From positions 88,536,001 to 88,600,000 of the forward strand of contig OZ024741.1 of NCBI GenBank assembly GCA_964016885.1: 64,000 bases of DNA, in the 5' to 3' direction. Within the stretch, counting starts at the first letter, position 1. Each line of letters begins with the position of its first letter. Shown here piece by piece: positions 22,166 to 36,197 of the stretch. The notes below the pieces were generated by a model. That model was not told the DNA's origin and did no database searches. It saw only the letters and a list, made by a program, of their open reading frames with translations. The position numbers and the translations under genes are program-made. Origin of the DNA: Eledone cirrhosa. Lineage: Eukaryota.

Positions 22166-24759
22166 TTAGCAAAATAGACATCAGTTTAACTTCTGTGTAA
22201 ATATGGAACTATATACACACACATACATATGTAAATGTGGTACCATGTATATATATATATATATTAGAATGGTTGTTTAAAATAGTGTAGTACTTAAAAC
22301 ATTAACTGAATGAGCACTCACAATACATGTAACCAGTGCAAATTTTATTTTCAAAGTTTCATTTTGGTCACATGTAGCTGTGTGGTGTAATTGATCAAAC
22401 ATTTGTTCTGTTGACATAAAGCTGGGTTGTAGTACGAGGAATATAGGGTAGAAAAGCTATTTATAGTAGAATACTAAATGTGTGTGTGTATATTTGATAG
22501 TTAATGGATTTGTATTGCATGTTCTAAGTGAGTGTATTTGTACCTATTGGAAAGTGAGTGTTTTAAGTGGTAACAGTTTATATAAAAAATACAGGAATTG
22601 ACATATTGGTAATTCATTTGTGGGAGAATATTAACAGAAATGTTGAGTTGTATTTGGTGAAAAAATTTTGGATGGGTTATCTTATTACTCTATGGTTGGT
22701 CAAGAAAGAAAATGGTCAGTACAGGTATATTTTTATATTTGCTTGTATTCTCTTCCTATATGTTTTTCCGGAAATTGTGATAACAGATACTTTCAAAATA
22801 TCCTACCATCAATGTTTCCTATAATTTTTTCTAACTATTGCACAGAAACATTTCAAAGCTACTGAGCCACTACATCAAAACAGCATTTACACTACTGCAC
22901 AGCTTACAGGAATGTTGCCCATCTCTCATTTTCAGTAATATTAACATAATTATTCTCATGAATTCATGAAGATGAACACATGTTTACATCACTGAATTAT
23001 CTTATTTACCAAAGTTCAACTCTTAACTTTTAATCTGCTTTTAAAATATCTCTTCTCAATACTACCATCCCAAACCACATATTTTCCCTTTTATATATGC
23101 ACATCCTGGTTGACTAAGAAATATTGGGAACATTTGAAATGTAGTCGTCCCAATATAAATACTTGTAATAGTTGAGAAAATTAGGTAAAGTACCTCAAGA
23201 GATGCAAGATTCACTCCTTCACAGATGCCTCAGCCCCCTTTTTTACTGTTCCCAGAAGTACTCTAATTTTCTTAACTATTATGTATAGTGATCGACTATT
23301 GTTATAGTCATTTACGTTAGGCCAACTACATTTCATATATATGTGTGTGTATATATATATATATTGATGATCGATTCCAACCGTGAATATCCCCACTGAA
23401 AGTTTCGTGAAATAGTCTTTTAAGACTATACAGAGCATTTGTAGTTTTTCCAAATTGAAGGTTGAGTATTTTAAACTTTATTTTATTCTGAGTTAAGGCT
23501 CTATTGATTTTTCCCTGGATTTCACCAAATTCTGTGGATGAATCTATATCCTGATTCTTTTTGAATTGAGTTTGAATTATTTTCCCACATCTTATGTTAA
23601 CTATTTTTCCATTTTGACGCTATAGTCACATATATTATGGAATATTGTTGGTTTCTTGCTACAATAATTTCTATACTTTTCATTTATATATCTATATATA
23701 TATATATATAGAGAGAGAGAGATGGAGGACAGCATTTCATATGCCACTGTAAGAGGGATTATGAGAGATTATCAATGAATAAGAAAAAATAAAAAGCAGT
23801 GACATGACATGTACACCTCAAATTTAAATAAAATCCAATCTTGTTTTAGAAACTGCAACTGGTGTTCTGAAAGAGTCACACTTAGCAACTTCACAAAAAT
23901 AGATTGACCAAATAAGTATAGAGGCTGTTGTGATTAACTTGAACCTACCGAAGTGGTTAAAAAAATAAAAGTACACACACATCATTTATACAGATGTTAA
24001 GATAATGGTAGTAATATACAATATATACACAAAAAATAATATCATTATATATATATTTTATATATATAAAATCCCATGTCACGACCAAAATGCTATCTCT
24101 AAGATCACATGTTAGAACTAGTGTTTATCATCATTATTTTACACCCGCTTTCCACCCTGGCATTGGCTGGTTCTTTAGAGCTCTCGTAAGTTCTTATTCT
24201 GAGTTACTAGACAGATGAAGACCATGCCTCACTCATATGATACATGTTGGGCAATGTTTGTCCAACAGAATACCTTTCCTAACACCAACCACTTTACAAA
24301 GTGTAGTGGGTGCATTTTATTATGGTGCCAGCACTAGGGAGGCAATCAATTCCTTGGCATAAACAAAGAATCCACTTTACATTGTCTCTGCTTGATTGCA
24401 ATCCACTTTACAGAGTGTACTGGGTGCATTTTATTGTGGTATTAACTCTACACAGATAGCCTTATTCGCTGCAAAGCTAGTCAGTCTTCTTTAATCTATA
24501 TAGTTGCCATTCTTACAAAGAATGGCATGACTGAGAATGTGATTAGAAGAGGATCAATAGTCAAAAGTTAAAAGAGAAGACAGTATGACTGTCTTGGGAG
24601 ACGAGAGGGAGACGAGCAGTGGTAGATTAGAAAACAGTATGAGCAATGTGATGTGTCAAGGTAGGAGAGAATGAGTAATGGATAAGCATAAAAAGGGAGA
24701 TGTTTAGAGTCGCAGTATATGGCAACTAAGAGTTTCATAGGGGGAGGAGGAGACAAACA

Positions 24760-25436
24760 CCTATATAGAGAACAATTGGAAGTTTCTCTGTGACAACTTG
24801 CTGTGGGTTACTGATGAAATCTGTGGTTGAAGCAAGGTTCCAACCAGATAGGTCAGTAATGGAATAGTACTAAAGACATGACATAAAAGTTAAGAGACAG
24901 GTTTGGAAAAACTGGAAGAGAAGGTCAGCAAAAAACAATATCAAATAACTAGAAAAGGAGGTAGATGGCAGATTTACATAGCACATAAAGATAAGCTGTA
25001 AGCAAGAGGTTTGCCAATGTTCTGTAACATAAGGATCAGAAGAGTGAGATGTTCTGTGTCAGTGTGAATCAGAACGTCATAGGGGAAAAAGTGTGAAATG
25101 ACACTGATGCACTGATACTCTGAATAAAGAAACTTGGAAATGTTATTATGAGAGGTTGATGAATGTGAAGAATGAGTGAAAGAAAGAGGGGCTGCCTCCA
25201 ATAGTCCCAACAGAGGGACTGTGGCTATTAAGCAAATGAAAATAGAAAATGCTGCCAGATCATCAGAAATATTCACTGAAATGCTGAAAACATCCACCTA
25301 AATAGGCCTCAAGCTAATCACTAACATAGTCAAAAAGATAATATATGATGATGTCACACCCAATGACTGGTGTAGCTGTACAATCATTAATTGTTACAAA
25401 GAAATAATACTTTGAAAAAGAGAAACTGTAGAGGCA
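24760..25436 (+). mobile_element. Old decayed RTE LINE linker/pre-RT fragment
   Basis: Nucleotide similarity to 12000-12730 (gacaacttgctg...actgatgaa, cccaatgactggtgtagc). Confidence 0.7.
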
Positions 25437-25524
25437 TTAATCCTTTTGATACCAAACCACCCCTAGTTCTACACAATACAAAACTGTGTAAGAACTTTTG
25501 TTAGATTGTTTCAAATATCAACTC

Positions 25525-25913
25525 AATAATTGTTTCTACTTTTTGGCACAAGGCCATCAATTACTCAGTGCATTACTGGTACTTTATTTTATCGACCCCG
25601 TAAGGATGAAAGGCAAAGTTAACCTTGGCGGGATTTGAACTCAGAATGGCAAGGGCCATAACTCTATACGTCAAAGCATGGCGTCCGACCCTCTACCAAT
25701 ACTGCCAATCCACCGCCCTATTCTTAATAATTGTTTCTACTTTTGGCACCAGGCCAGCAATTATCCCAGTGCATTACTGGTACTTTATTTTATCGACCCC
25801 GTAAGGATGAAAGGTAAAGTTAACCTCGGCGGGATTTGAACTCAGATCATAAAGGGAGGTAACTATATGCTTCAAAGCATGGCGCCCGACCCTCTACCGA
25901 TACTGCCAATCCA
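25525..25913 (-). mobile_element. Two tandem family A SINEs (25525-25717, 25726-25913)
   Basis: Both match the reverse complement of 10322-10513. Confidence 0.88.
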
Positions 25914-26856
25914 ATGACACTCCATCTGACTCCTCTTATATCCATTTTTTCTCTGAGTTTACCCATGTTTTGTTGTTCATTTCTCTCCAGCCTTCACTGC
26001 TCATGTTTCACTACCATGCAGCATCACACTTCACACAGCTAACCTTTCATTTGTAGGGAGAAAACTTTTGTTGTTAACAACTTGTCATTCTAACTACTAT
26101 GCTCTCGGAGTACCCTCCTCCACTGCTTATTATATCACCTAGGTAGCGGAAGCTATAAACCACTTCTATGGATCCTACTACATACAAAGTTTTCCTTTCT
26201 ACTAGTTTGCCTGTTATCATACTACACCTCTTTTATATTCAAGATTTACATTATGTATAGAGTTTATGCTTACTCCTTTTCTACATATTGAGCAAGGCCA
26301 CTTCCCTGATGGGACGAGGGCTCTATTTTCTTTCCCACTTAAAACTTTGGTTTTTCCTGAGTTTACTCTTAGCCCTTTTGAGTCTAAGTTAAGTTTCCAT
26401 AGCTAGAACTTCTTTAGTTCTTTCACAGATTTCACTATGAGATCCAGATCATCAGCAATCGAAAGACCCCCACAGACAGCAAGTCTTAACCCATTAGTAT
26501 TTAAACCGGCCGTATCTGCCCAGAATTTTCTCAGTTCTTTCTGTTCAAACCAGTTATTCATACTTATGTTAAGGTATTGTTCTCAAAATAAATAATATCA
26601 AAATTTTGTAGATTCGATATGTGAGATAAAGTGTTTACCGTGAAAATACAATAGTAAATATAGAGTAATGTAAATGTTAAAGTCCTCTGTTGTGGCCTGG
26701 AAGACTATAATTAACAGAAATGGATTGAGAACTAAACTCTGATGCAATCCTACTTGCACCTTGAATCCCTCACTAAACTCAATTCCTACTTTCACTTTAC
26801 TGACAGCTCTTCTGTTCAAGCCGTTCATCTACACCTAGTTTCCTTAAGGACCACCA
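25914..26856 (-). mobile_element. Decayed RTE RT/C-terminal fragment interrupted by a TTAA MITE (~26487-26682)
   Basis: ORF 26598-26828 has FKVQVGLHQSLVLNPFLLIIVFQA; ADDL and FRYLGD are recognisable on the minus strand. Confidence 0.72.
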
Positions 26857-26871
26857 GATTATATATATACT

Positions 26872-28052
26872 TATTAGATAGGATGCAGTTTGGTTTCATG
26901 CCTGGGAAAAGTACTACTGATGCCCTCCTCTTAGTGAGACAACTACAAGAGAAGTTCCTAGCCAAGAATAAACCACCATGTTTAGTTTCTGTTGATCTAG
27001 AAAGGGCCTTTGACAGAGTATCCTGATCCATTATCAGCTAGTCCTTAAGAAAATTAGGCGAAGAAAAATGGCTTGTGAGAGCAATGCAAGTCATGTAAAG
27101 AGGAGCTTTCAGTAAAGTGGGAGTAGGAAGTGAGGAATTCAAGCTACAGGTAGTTCATCAAGGTTCAGTTCTTAGCCTACTACTGTTCATCATAGTTCTC
27201 CAGGCCATAACAGAGCAGTTTAAAAATGGCTGTCCAAGGGAACTTCTCATTGCAGATGATTTGGTCTTTATAGCCAAATCCATAAAAGAATTAGAAAATA
27301 AGTTTCGACTATGGAAACAGAATTTGGAATCAAAGGATCTGAGAGTAAACTTAGTTAAAACTGAAGTGCTAGTGAGTAGGAAAGAAGATAGGAGCCTGAT
27401 CTCGTCAGGGAAGTGACCCTGCTCCATATGTAGTGGGATAACGGGTTGACTTTGCATGTTGAAGATGCATATGGGTAATCGAGGGTAAGAGTGTTAGTGA
27501 TATAAATCTCTTCCAGTCACTGAAAGGGTTCATAGAAGTGGTTGGCAGCTTCCACTATTTAGGTGGCTTAATTAGCAGCGAAGGAGAGTGCTCTGAGAGC
27601 ATAATCTATATTATAATAAGAGCGCTCTCTGTCTGTCCATCCATCTATCACGCTCCCTTTATATAGAGTGGGGAGCGCCAAGCGAGAGATATGTATATAG
27701 AAAGAGAAATGGGATAGATGTGTTTGAGGTGACAAAGTTATGACTTCACCCTAATCTATAAAGAGATAGTAGCGCACCAAGCGAAAGAGATGTACATAGA
27801 AAAAAGGAGCATCATTTGTTTAGAGAGAAAGAGTGTGGATAGAATAATGATAGGATGGAAGAAGTTTAGGCAACTGCCACTTCTGTTGACTACAAAAGGT
27901 TTCTCCCCAGACTGGAGAGAAATGAAGCAGCCATGCAATGTAAATGTGAGAGACAGGCAGAGCTTGGATGAACTGAGGGAGAAGCTTAGAGTTATCCAAA
28001 TTGGGTTTCAGGAGAAAAGACTGTGTTACTACAGATATGTGATGTGCATAGA
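26872..28052 (+). mobile_element. Decayed RTE RT fragment with a Helitron-like insert (~27604-27835)
   Basis: MQFGFMPGKSTTDA, VDLERAFDRV, VHQGSVLS, IADDL; the insert begins tctatattataataagag. Confidence 0.78.
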
Positions 28053-28053
28053 T

Positions 28054-28116
28054 CATTGTTTCCCAAAGTGGATGGTACCGCCCCCTGGGGGCGGTTGGGG
28101 GGCGACAGTGTAGTAT
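28054..28116. mobile_element. hAT-type terminal fragment
   Basis: cattgtttcccaaagtg followed by ccccctgggggcgg resembles Charlie-type ends. Confidence 0.45.
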
Positions 28117-28339
28117 TAACAAAAAAGAAAAAACAAGCTATTTATTGTTTAAATTTTAAACAATAAATAGCTTGTTTTTTTCTTTTTTTTACAAATATAT
28201 TGCATATGTATAGACATCTATATAGCATTTATATAGACATCTATAATAAAGACATATAGACATCTATGAGATTGTGTAGATTCTACACAATCTCATAGAT
28301 GTCTTTATTCTTATTGGCAAAATCACATTCTTTTTACAT

Positions 28340-30586
28340 CTAGTTAGGCAGCGGGACAGGCAGATAGTGTCTAATACCAAGGTATACCCTGGGGAAGAAT
28401 GTACCCCACAGCATAGGTTAGTCGTTAGTGATATCTCAGTAAGCAAGAGATGGAATGAGACATACAGGAAGGTGTGGAGAAGAAAGGTCTGGAAGCTAAA
28501 ATACAACCTGACAGAGAGTGACCTGGTGGTGGAACAGTACAGTAGATAAGGCCATTAGAGACAAAAGACTAGCATGGAAGGCTTGGAAAAAAAGGTGGGA
28601 GTAGGGAAGAATATACAGCCACTAAGAGAGAAGCTAGACGTCAGGTGTATTTAGCACGCATGGAGGCTGAGAGTAGGAGGTTTGCTAATGTTCTGCGACG
28701 GGAAGATCAGAGGCATGCGGTGTTCCACATTGCAAGGCAGTGTGTCAATACAAATCAGGATGTTGTTGGAGATAAATGTGTCCGAAATGATGCCGGTGTA
28801 CTTAGTGTCACGAATGATCAGAAAAAGGAGGCCTGGAAATGTCATTATGAGAGACTGATGAAAGAGAGAGAAATTACCCTTAGTAGATCCAACAGAGGGA
28901 CCAGCTATTGAGATTGACGAATATAGAGTCCAAGAGGCGATTAAGGAAATGGTAAGGCTGCTGGACCATCGGGAATAGTTGCTGAGATGCTGAAGGCATC
29001 AGAGGACGTAGGCACTGAACTGGTTGCACGCATTATCAATCAGGCTATATATGGTGGTGTCATACCCAAAGACTGGTGCAGCAGTATTCTCATAAATTGC
29101 TACAAAGGTAAAGGGATGTTCTGAAGAGGAGCAATTATAGGGGTATAAAACTGATGGATCAGGTTATGAAAATGGCAGAAAGGATATTAGCACAACTAAT
29201 TAGAGGAAGGGTCAAACTAGACGAGATGCAGTTTGGTTTTGTGCCTGGGAATAGTACAACAGATGCCCTCTTCTTGGTGAGACAATTGCAAGAGAGGTTC
29301 TTAGAGAAAAATAAGGCACTATACTTAGCCTTTGTTGACCTAGAGAAGGCCTTTGATAGGGTACCCCGATCTGTCATCTGGTGGTCCCTAAGGAAACTAG
29401 GTGTTGAGGAATGGCTTGTGAGGACAGTGCAAACTTTGTACAGAGGTACTGTCAGTAAAGTCAGGGTAAGATTGGAGTTTAGTGAGGAATTCCAGATACA
29501 AGTAGGAGTACATCAAGGTTCGGTCCTCAGCCCGCTCTTGTTCATTATAGTCCTCCAAGCCATAACAGAGGAGTTTAAGACTGGCTGTCTATGGGAACTT
29601 CTCTATGCTGACGATCTGGTTCTTATAGCAGAATCAGTAGAGGAACTAGAGAATAAATTATAGCTATGGAAACAGCAGTTGGAAGCAAGAGGACTGAGAG
29701 TGAACCTAGCTAGTGTTGAGTAGAAAAGAGGAGAAAACTCTGATTCCGTCAGGGAAATGGCCATGTTCGATATGCAGAAAAAGGAACTGGCATAAATTCT
29801 ATAAAATGCACACAATGCACATCCTGGGTACACAAGAGATGTAGCGGGATAACAGGCAAACTAACAGGTAGGGGAAAATATGTATGCAGTAGATGTACAG
29901 GGAAATTAGACAGTAGAAGTCGCATTGATAGACACATTTTTCAAATGCAGGAGGGCGCTATAGAAGTGGTGGATAGCTTCCGGTACCTAGGAGATCAGAT
30001 TAGCATGGGAGGAGGGTGTTCCTAGGCCATAGTATCTAGAATAAGGACGGGTTGGAAGAAGTTTAGGGAGCTGCTTCCTCTGTTGACGAAGAAGGGTTTC
30101 TCCCTGCGTACGAAAGGCCGGTTATATGATGCCTGTGTGAGGAGCGCGATGTTGCATGGTAGTGAGAGATGGGCAGCAAATGCAGAGGATATGCGACGGC
30201 TGGAGAGAAATGAGGCAAGCATGCTCCGTTGGATGTGCGTGAACGACCCAGCATAAATGTGTTGAGAGAGAAACTGTGTCTGAGAGGGATAGAATGTAGT
30301 GTACGGGAGAGGAGACTGAGGTGGTATGGACATGTGATGCGCATGGAGGATGACCGATGGGTGAAGTAGTGCCAGGAAATGCCAGTTGAAGGAAGACGTG
30401 GTAGAGGTAGACCACGAAAAACATGGACGGAGGTGGTGAGAACTGACCTCAGATCATTGAAGCTCACGGTGGAGATGACAAGGGACCGTGACGAGTGGAG
30501 AGATGCTGTGCTGAATAAGACCCATCCCACCCTTGCAAGCAGGGAAAAGCGGACGTAAAATGATGATGATGATGATGATGATGATA
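28340..30586 (+). mobile_element. 5'-truncated RTE LINE, subfamily 2
   Basis: Near-identical to 11750-14175 with an internal deletion near 28500; ORF 29154-29663 is RT; (ATG)n tail. Confidence 0.95.
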
Positions 30587-31805
30587 CTAATGATAAATTA
30601 ACATCATCACCATTATTGTTTAATGTCCACTTTCTCTGCTAGTAAGGTTTGGATGTGTCATCACAGACTGATGGTGGGGGGCGCTGAGGGTATTACGTGA
30701 GGGGGAGGGGAACGTCTGAGAACCTCTGGCATAGATGATGATCAATGGGTGAAGAAGTGCCAGGAGATTCACAGAGATGACAAAGAATCGTAAAGAGTGG
30801 AGAGATGCTCTGCTGAGAAGGACCTGTCCAATCCATGCAAGCATGGAAAAACCATGATGATGATAATGATATATACCGTATATTAGTTAAGAAATGGGGG
30901 TGGGAGTGGAGCTCAGCTTATATTCAAGGTCAATATTTGCCAATTTTCAAAACCGTTGGAAATTATACATTTTATTAATTAACCCTGCGGCTTAGGGCAG
31001 CCATGAAATTCTTGGGTTTGGAGGTGAATTATTAGACTGGTTTCACTATGGAGGTGAAATTTGTTTTTTCTATTGTTTTGGGCTGTTTTGAATCAATATG
31101 GCCTTCAAAACGGTCGCAAATTACAAAATTCCACCTTAAGCTTCTATAACAACGCTGTCTGGTATTCTTGACTACTACTGGGATATCTATGACATGTTCA
31201 CAGAGCAAAAGAGAAAAAAATAATTTTTAGTGAGACTCTTGTATGTTTATTGTACTATTATGCTTTATGCTGTCATAGTGATACTGCCAGCACATACATA
31301 TACAAAGATTTATGGAGCTGTTTTGGATGATTTGAAATCCAAACACATTTGCTCGAATATAAGAGTTAGAAAATCGTCTAAAATATTCTGGTCAGAAGTT
31401 AATACAGAGAATCGAACTGTGTATCTCTTGAATTTTCTGTCCCTAACGATATTTTACCCAATTTTCAATATAGTGAATCTGTGTTTGGATGTCAACATTG
31501 CAAATTAAAATGCTTTAATTAACCATAAGATTTATTTACTTCTGGCTCTAGCTGCTATAGCTATCATATATAGTTCCTAATTTTTGACAGAAACCATTGT
31601 CAGCTGCCAAGTTGGTGTAAAGGTAGCGCACATGGCCAGAATTCAAGAGATACAGAGTTCCATTCTCTATAGTAATTGCTGGCCACTGATTTTCCTACAC
31701 TATCATCGTGACTAATTTGTGTTTGGATTTCAACACTTCATAAATATATAAACAGTGTGTATGAGGTTGAAAAGTCTCCTTAACCTTGTGATGGACAAGA
31801 CACAT

Positions 31806-32121
31806 TGCTTAGAGCAGTGGGCTTGCAATCGAAAGGTTGTGAGTTCAATTCTCAGACCGAGTGATGTGTTGTTTCCTTGATCAAGACACTTTATTTCACC
31901 TTGCTCCAGTTTACTCAGCTGTAGAAATGAGATAATAGGGACTAGATTCCCTATCATTCCACTGCAAAGTGGTTGTGGAGGTGCCACGGCAAAAAAGCAC
32001 CCAGCACTCACTGTAAAATGAGGTTGGTGGTAGGAAGGGCATCCAGCTGTAGAAATCAAGCCAGAATCAGTTCCCGTCCAACCCTTACAAGCAGGGAAAA
32101 GCGGACGTATGATGATGATGA
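31806..32121 (+). mobile_element. Composite SINE, family B: tRNA head + CORE-like domain + RTE-derived body and tail
   Basis: B-box gagttcaattc; ccttgatcaagacactttatttcac...cagctgtagaaatg; then a segment matching the subfamily 1 3' UTR; tail acccttacaagcagggaaaagcggacgt(atg)n matches the subfamily 2 end. Confidence 0.72.
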
Positions 32122-33994
32122 AGACAATTTCTCTCTGTAAAGTTGTAGAAAACCTGTGCCACTAAATATACTCCCTTTATTATAGTTAGATTAGGAATCT
32201 ATCGGTTGCATTTACAGGAAAGCGTAGCAATTAATTATTCAATTTTGAAGGACGTGTGAACCCCGTACTAATCAACAACAAATGCCCAGAAATAAAACAT
32301 CCCAGCTACTTTACAGACTAAAGTGGATGCATTTGAAAGGAGAGTGTAAAAGGGAAAACAAAGTGATGAGATAGTAGAAAAGGTAGAATGCTCATTCGAC
32401 TCCCCATTCAACCCTCTACCTACCACTGTCGATGTTTACAGGATAGTAATAGAGACGTATAACGGAGAGATGATATAGTATCTAATACGGCCGCAAGTGT
32501 GTATTTATAAGTATTCTTTTAAGATTGGCACAACGCCGGCCATTTGGGGGAAGGGGAATGTTGATTATATAGACATACTTTATTTTAAGGATGAATGACG
32601 AAGTTGAACTCAGAGCGTAAAGAGCGGCAACAAAATACTGCAAAGCATTTTTACCAATGTTCTGCCGATACTGCCAAACCTACCCCATCTATATATATAA
32701 ATACACTCATACAAACACATCATCCCAACCGGTCATCAGGTGAATAGGAAACGCTCGAATAGCATCTCACACATTGATATTTTCTCTATTAACTCTCTCG
32801 CGTGTACACGAACCATCATTTACTATATTTATATATATAGAAAAAGTAAATGACGTCTGTAACCAATTAACATAAATAAGATATCGATGGTATTGTTATC
32901 GGCATGAGGCAAACCAATATGCTGTTCCATGGATTCTAAAAAGAAAAAAAAAAAGAGAGCCGTATCCCAAAACAAAGCGCGTCCTGGTCAACTCTGACAA
33001 AGCAGACATCCCAGTCATGACCGTTCGATTTTTAGGCGTATCTAATCTATTATCCTATCTATTACATAATTTGAGGGAGATTCGGTTACTATTTCTAGCA
33101 TACATATACTACTATACCGATTCATATTTAGTTTTTCCATACACATACATGCTTTGAGAGGCGACCTTCGCAAACCAGAGAAGCGATGAATGAAGCCCTC
33201 AGCATCGATAAATTCTTCTTTATATTTTGACTATTTTTGTCGTTTCCTTTGTTAATTCAAGTGTATGAGTGTGACTGAAGTTTAAAAAAATCTAGATGAA
33301 ATATTTGTTTTGATATCTTTCAAACATATAAATCTGAATACACACGAACTCATCAGAGACTTTTTTTCTTTAATACAAAGGAATTTCAGTTCATCCTTAC
33401 ATTTGTTTTATACAATTGAATCCTCATTTTGGGTGTTTTCGAACATACTGATTACAAATATGCTACAAGATCTTTAAAAAAACTTTATTTTTCGGGGGAA
33501 GGGGGGTTTTAATCAGAAAGAACATGAAAAAAGGCGTAATTAAAAGTTACAAGTGATGGGGGTGCGTGAATATTGGATACTTTATATTTGTCATTTTTTT
33601 ACATGAGCAAATTACTGAAATATATGGAAGAAAAAAACGTATGAATGACGCAGTGTATGGCTTTGTATAGAAACGTTAGAGCATTCGTCAATACATATTT
33701 TCGAGACTGACATGACATCAGATATCAATAAAACACCTACTCTATATGCACAAATCACATAAAAATATAACTTTATGGCTATATATATATGTGTATATAT
33801 TTATATATAGATATATATCTTTAAATCCATACCATGGTTTCGTGTAAATATCGACCGTGCAGAAAACACACTGGAGGCTTTCGTAGCTGCTTTCATAATT
33901 TTTACATGTAAAATTATAAACATAAGCGTTTATAAACATTTGTTGTACAATTGATACAGGGGCGAGATAGATAGGTGTAATTAAATATATACAT

Positions 33995-34035
<41 letters not shown>

Positions 34036-34786
34036 ACGAACGCGTAGCACATTCTGACCGATCTTAGTCTAAGGCATAACACAAAGTGCTCAATAAATAG
34101 TTAATAAGATGGGATATTTAGAGCACTGACATTAGTCTTCATGATAAATATGCAACGAAATTTCAACCAACTCGGAAGAATCAGAAACACACGTGAAAAT
34201 ACATATATATATATATCGATAAGTAGAGATAAAACAAACACCAGCCCCGAAAAACATTCTATACACTATATAAAATGTGATGTATTTCTACATTTAAAAA
34301 AAGAAATATTTTCATAAAATCTATTTCTGCGTCAAATAAATAAACATACATGAAAAATTGAAAAATCCTCGTCATATATATATATGTCATATATATATGT
34401 CATATATATATATAACGGTAGAAGTTCAATAATAGATGGTGGTACATGAGGCTCGGCACACGTGTGTATTTTCGGGCAGAAAAAAACGAGTTTACAGCTC
34501 CCAGCCTGTTTAGCATGATGAATGCAAAGAAATTACACAGAGACAGAAATAAAATTACAATTTCTGGTGTGTTACCAATAAACAAAGGCCGGGTTTGTAT
34601 GAAACAGTTAATATGAAGTGAGGTGGAATAGGTGGAATAATACAGTGTGAGCATGAGTTTGAGAAAAAAAGTAAAAATAAAACAATAGGCGAACAAAATT
34701 TGGGATGATGGAGGAATATAAAACGATATGTAGAGGAGTTCAAATATATATAAATTAAGTTTCTATAATAATAATATTAATCTTAC

Positions 34787-35160
34787 CGCTGTATAAATGT
34801 TGCCAATGTTATCAAATAAAAAAAATATCTACACGGAGAAAGGATCAAAAAGTAAACTGACTAGCTTTCAACGAATGATTATACAGCACTTGGTGTAATG
34901 TGTTTCTTTGCTTTTACATGTTATTGTCTTTTGTGATGGTTAATGTTTTTTTCTTATTTGTTTAAATCCTTTTGTAAAAAGCTTTTCGGGGTGTTTTCAT
35001 TGAAAAAAAAAATGGAAACGGAGAGAAAAGGCAGCCACGCAACGACAATTGCACAGTGGTCTCGGTTACTATTTTCCCGCTCTGCGTTGCGTGGTAGCTA
35101 CAAAGAAACGAAGAAGACAAGAGAACATAACTCTTTGAAGTAGCGAGCACAGCTACGGTT
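34787..35160 (-). other. Candidate non-coding first exon of the minus-strand gene
   Basis: Minus-strand donor cagcg|gtaaga at 34787/34786 in a TE-poor, CpG-retaining region; the link to exon 6422-6498 is inference only. Confidence 0.25.
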
Positions 35161-36099
35161 GTACATTAGCTTGGTACCTAAATGCTAACCAATCTTAAAG
35201 TAAACACACGAAATAAGTATAAACAGTAAATGATAATGATGATAATAAATGGATAACAATTTTATAACTATTAAATGAAGTAAATAAAATTAAATTAATA
35301 AAAATTACGTTGATTTTAGCCTTGTTCCCTTTTCTTCTGGTGCTTTCTTCTTTCTTTCAATGGAACTGACGATGTACCACAAATGTGTGCAATTTTAAGA
35401 AACTAACAAATACTCATAAAATGTTACACAAAACACAAAGATGTGTCTTGATTAGCTGACAGTGTCTTTCATACGTTCTGCTACGGCTATCACCATAGCT
35501 GTTTAATGTTCTGCGTTGTCAGTCGATGGCTGAAGAAAGACAGGATGGCGGAACTAATCGAAGACAGGGGCAAGTAACTCTTTGAATGATCCGCACTGAT
35601 GATAAACTACGTCGTAAATATCATTTACCTTTGTATCTCCTAATTACTTCCATGTTTGAAATTATAACTTTTTAAAATATAAATAAATCTGAATTATTCC
35701 CTTTTTTTCAAAAGAAACGCCTAGATTATGTTAGAGGTGTATATGAAAATTGCCTACACCTACTTTCTGTACAAGTATCATATATTTGCTATTTACCATC
35801 CGACGATTTTTGTTCAAGAACAAACTAGGTTAATTATCTAGCTTTAAATAATTTGCATGCAAACTTAATATTTTGATAAAATATAGTTAAATTATTGATT
35901 TTTTGCAGCGGAATTCTCGGTATTACAATATAAATTTTTTGGTTGAGTCAACAGATTCAATAAGATAAGTTTCAAATAAATTTTGAGAAACGTTTTCAAC
36001 AAATATATTACTATTTATCAAGAAAATATTAAAATATTGATAGTTGGCATTATTTTAAATACGTAATAACGACGATTTATTTGGGTCAATCTTAAACCT

Positions 36100-36197
36100 A
36101 ATAATTGTTTCTACTTTAGGCACAAGGCCAGCAATTACTCAGTACATTACTGGTACTTTATTTTATCGACCCCGTAAGGATGAAAGGCAAAGTTAAA
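36100..36197 (-). mobile_element. 5'-truncated family A SINE with TSD
   Basis: SINE 3' half; ttaaacctaataat duplicated on both sides. Confidence 0.8.
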
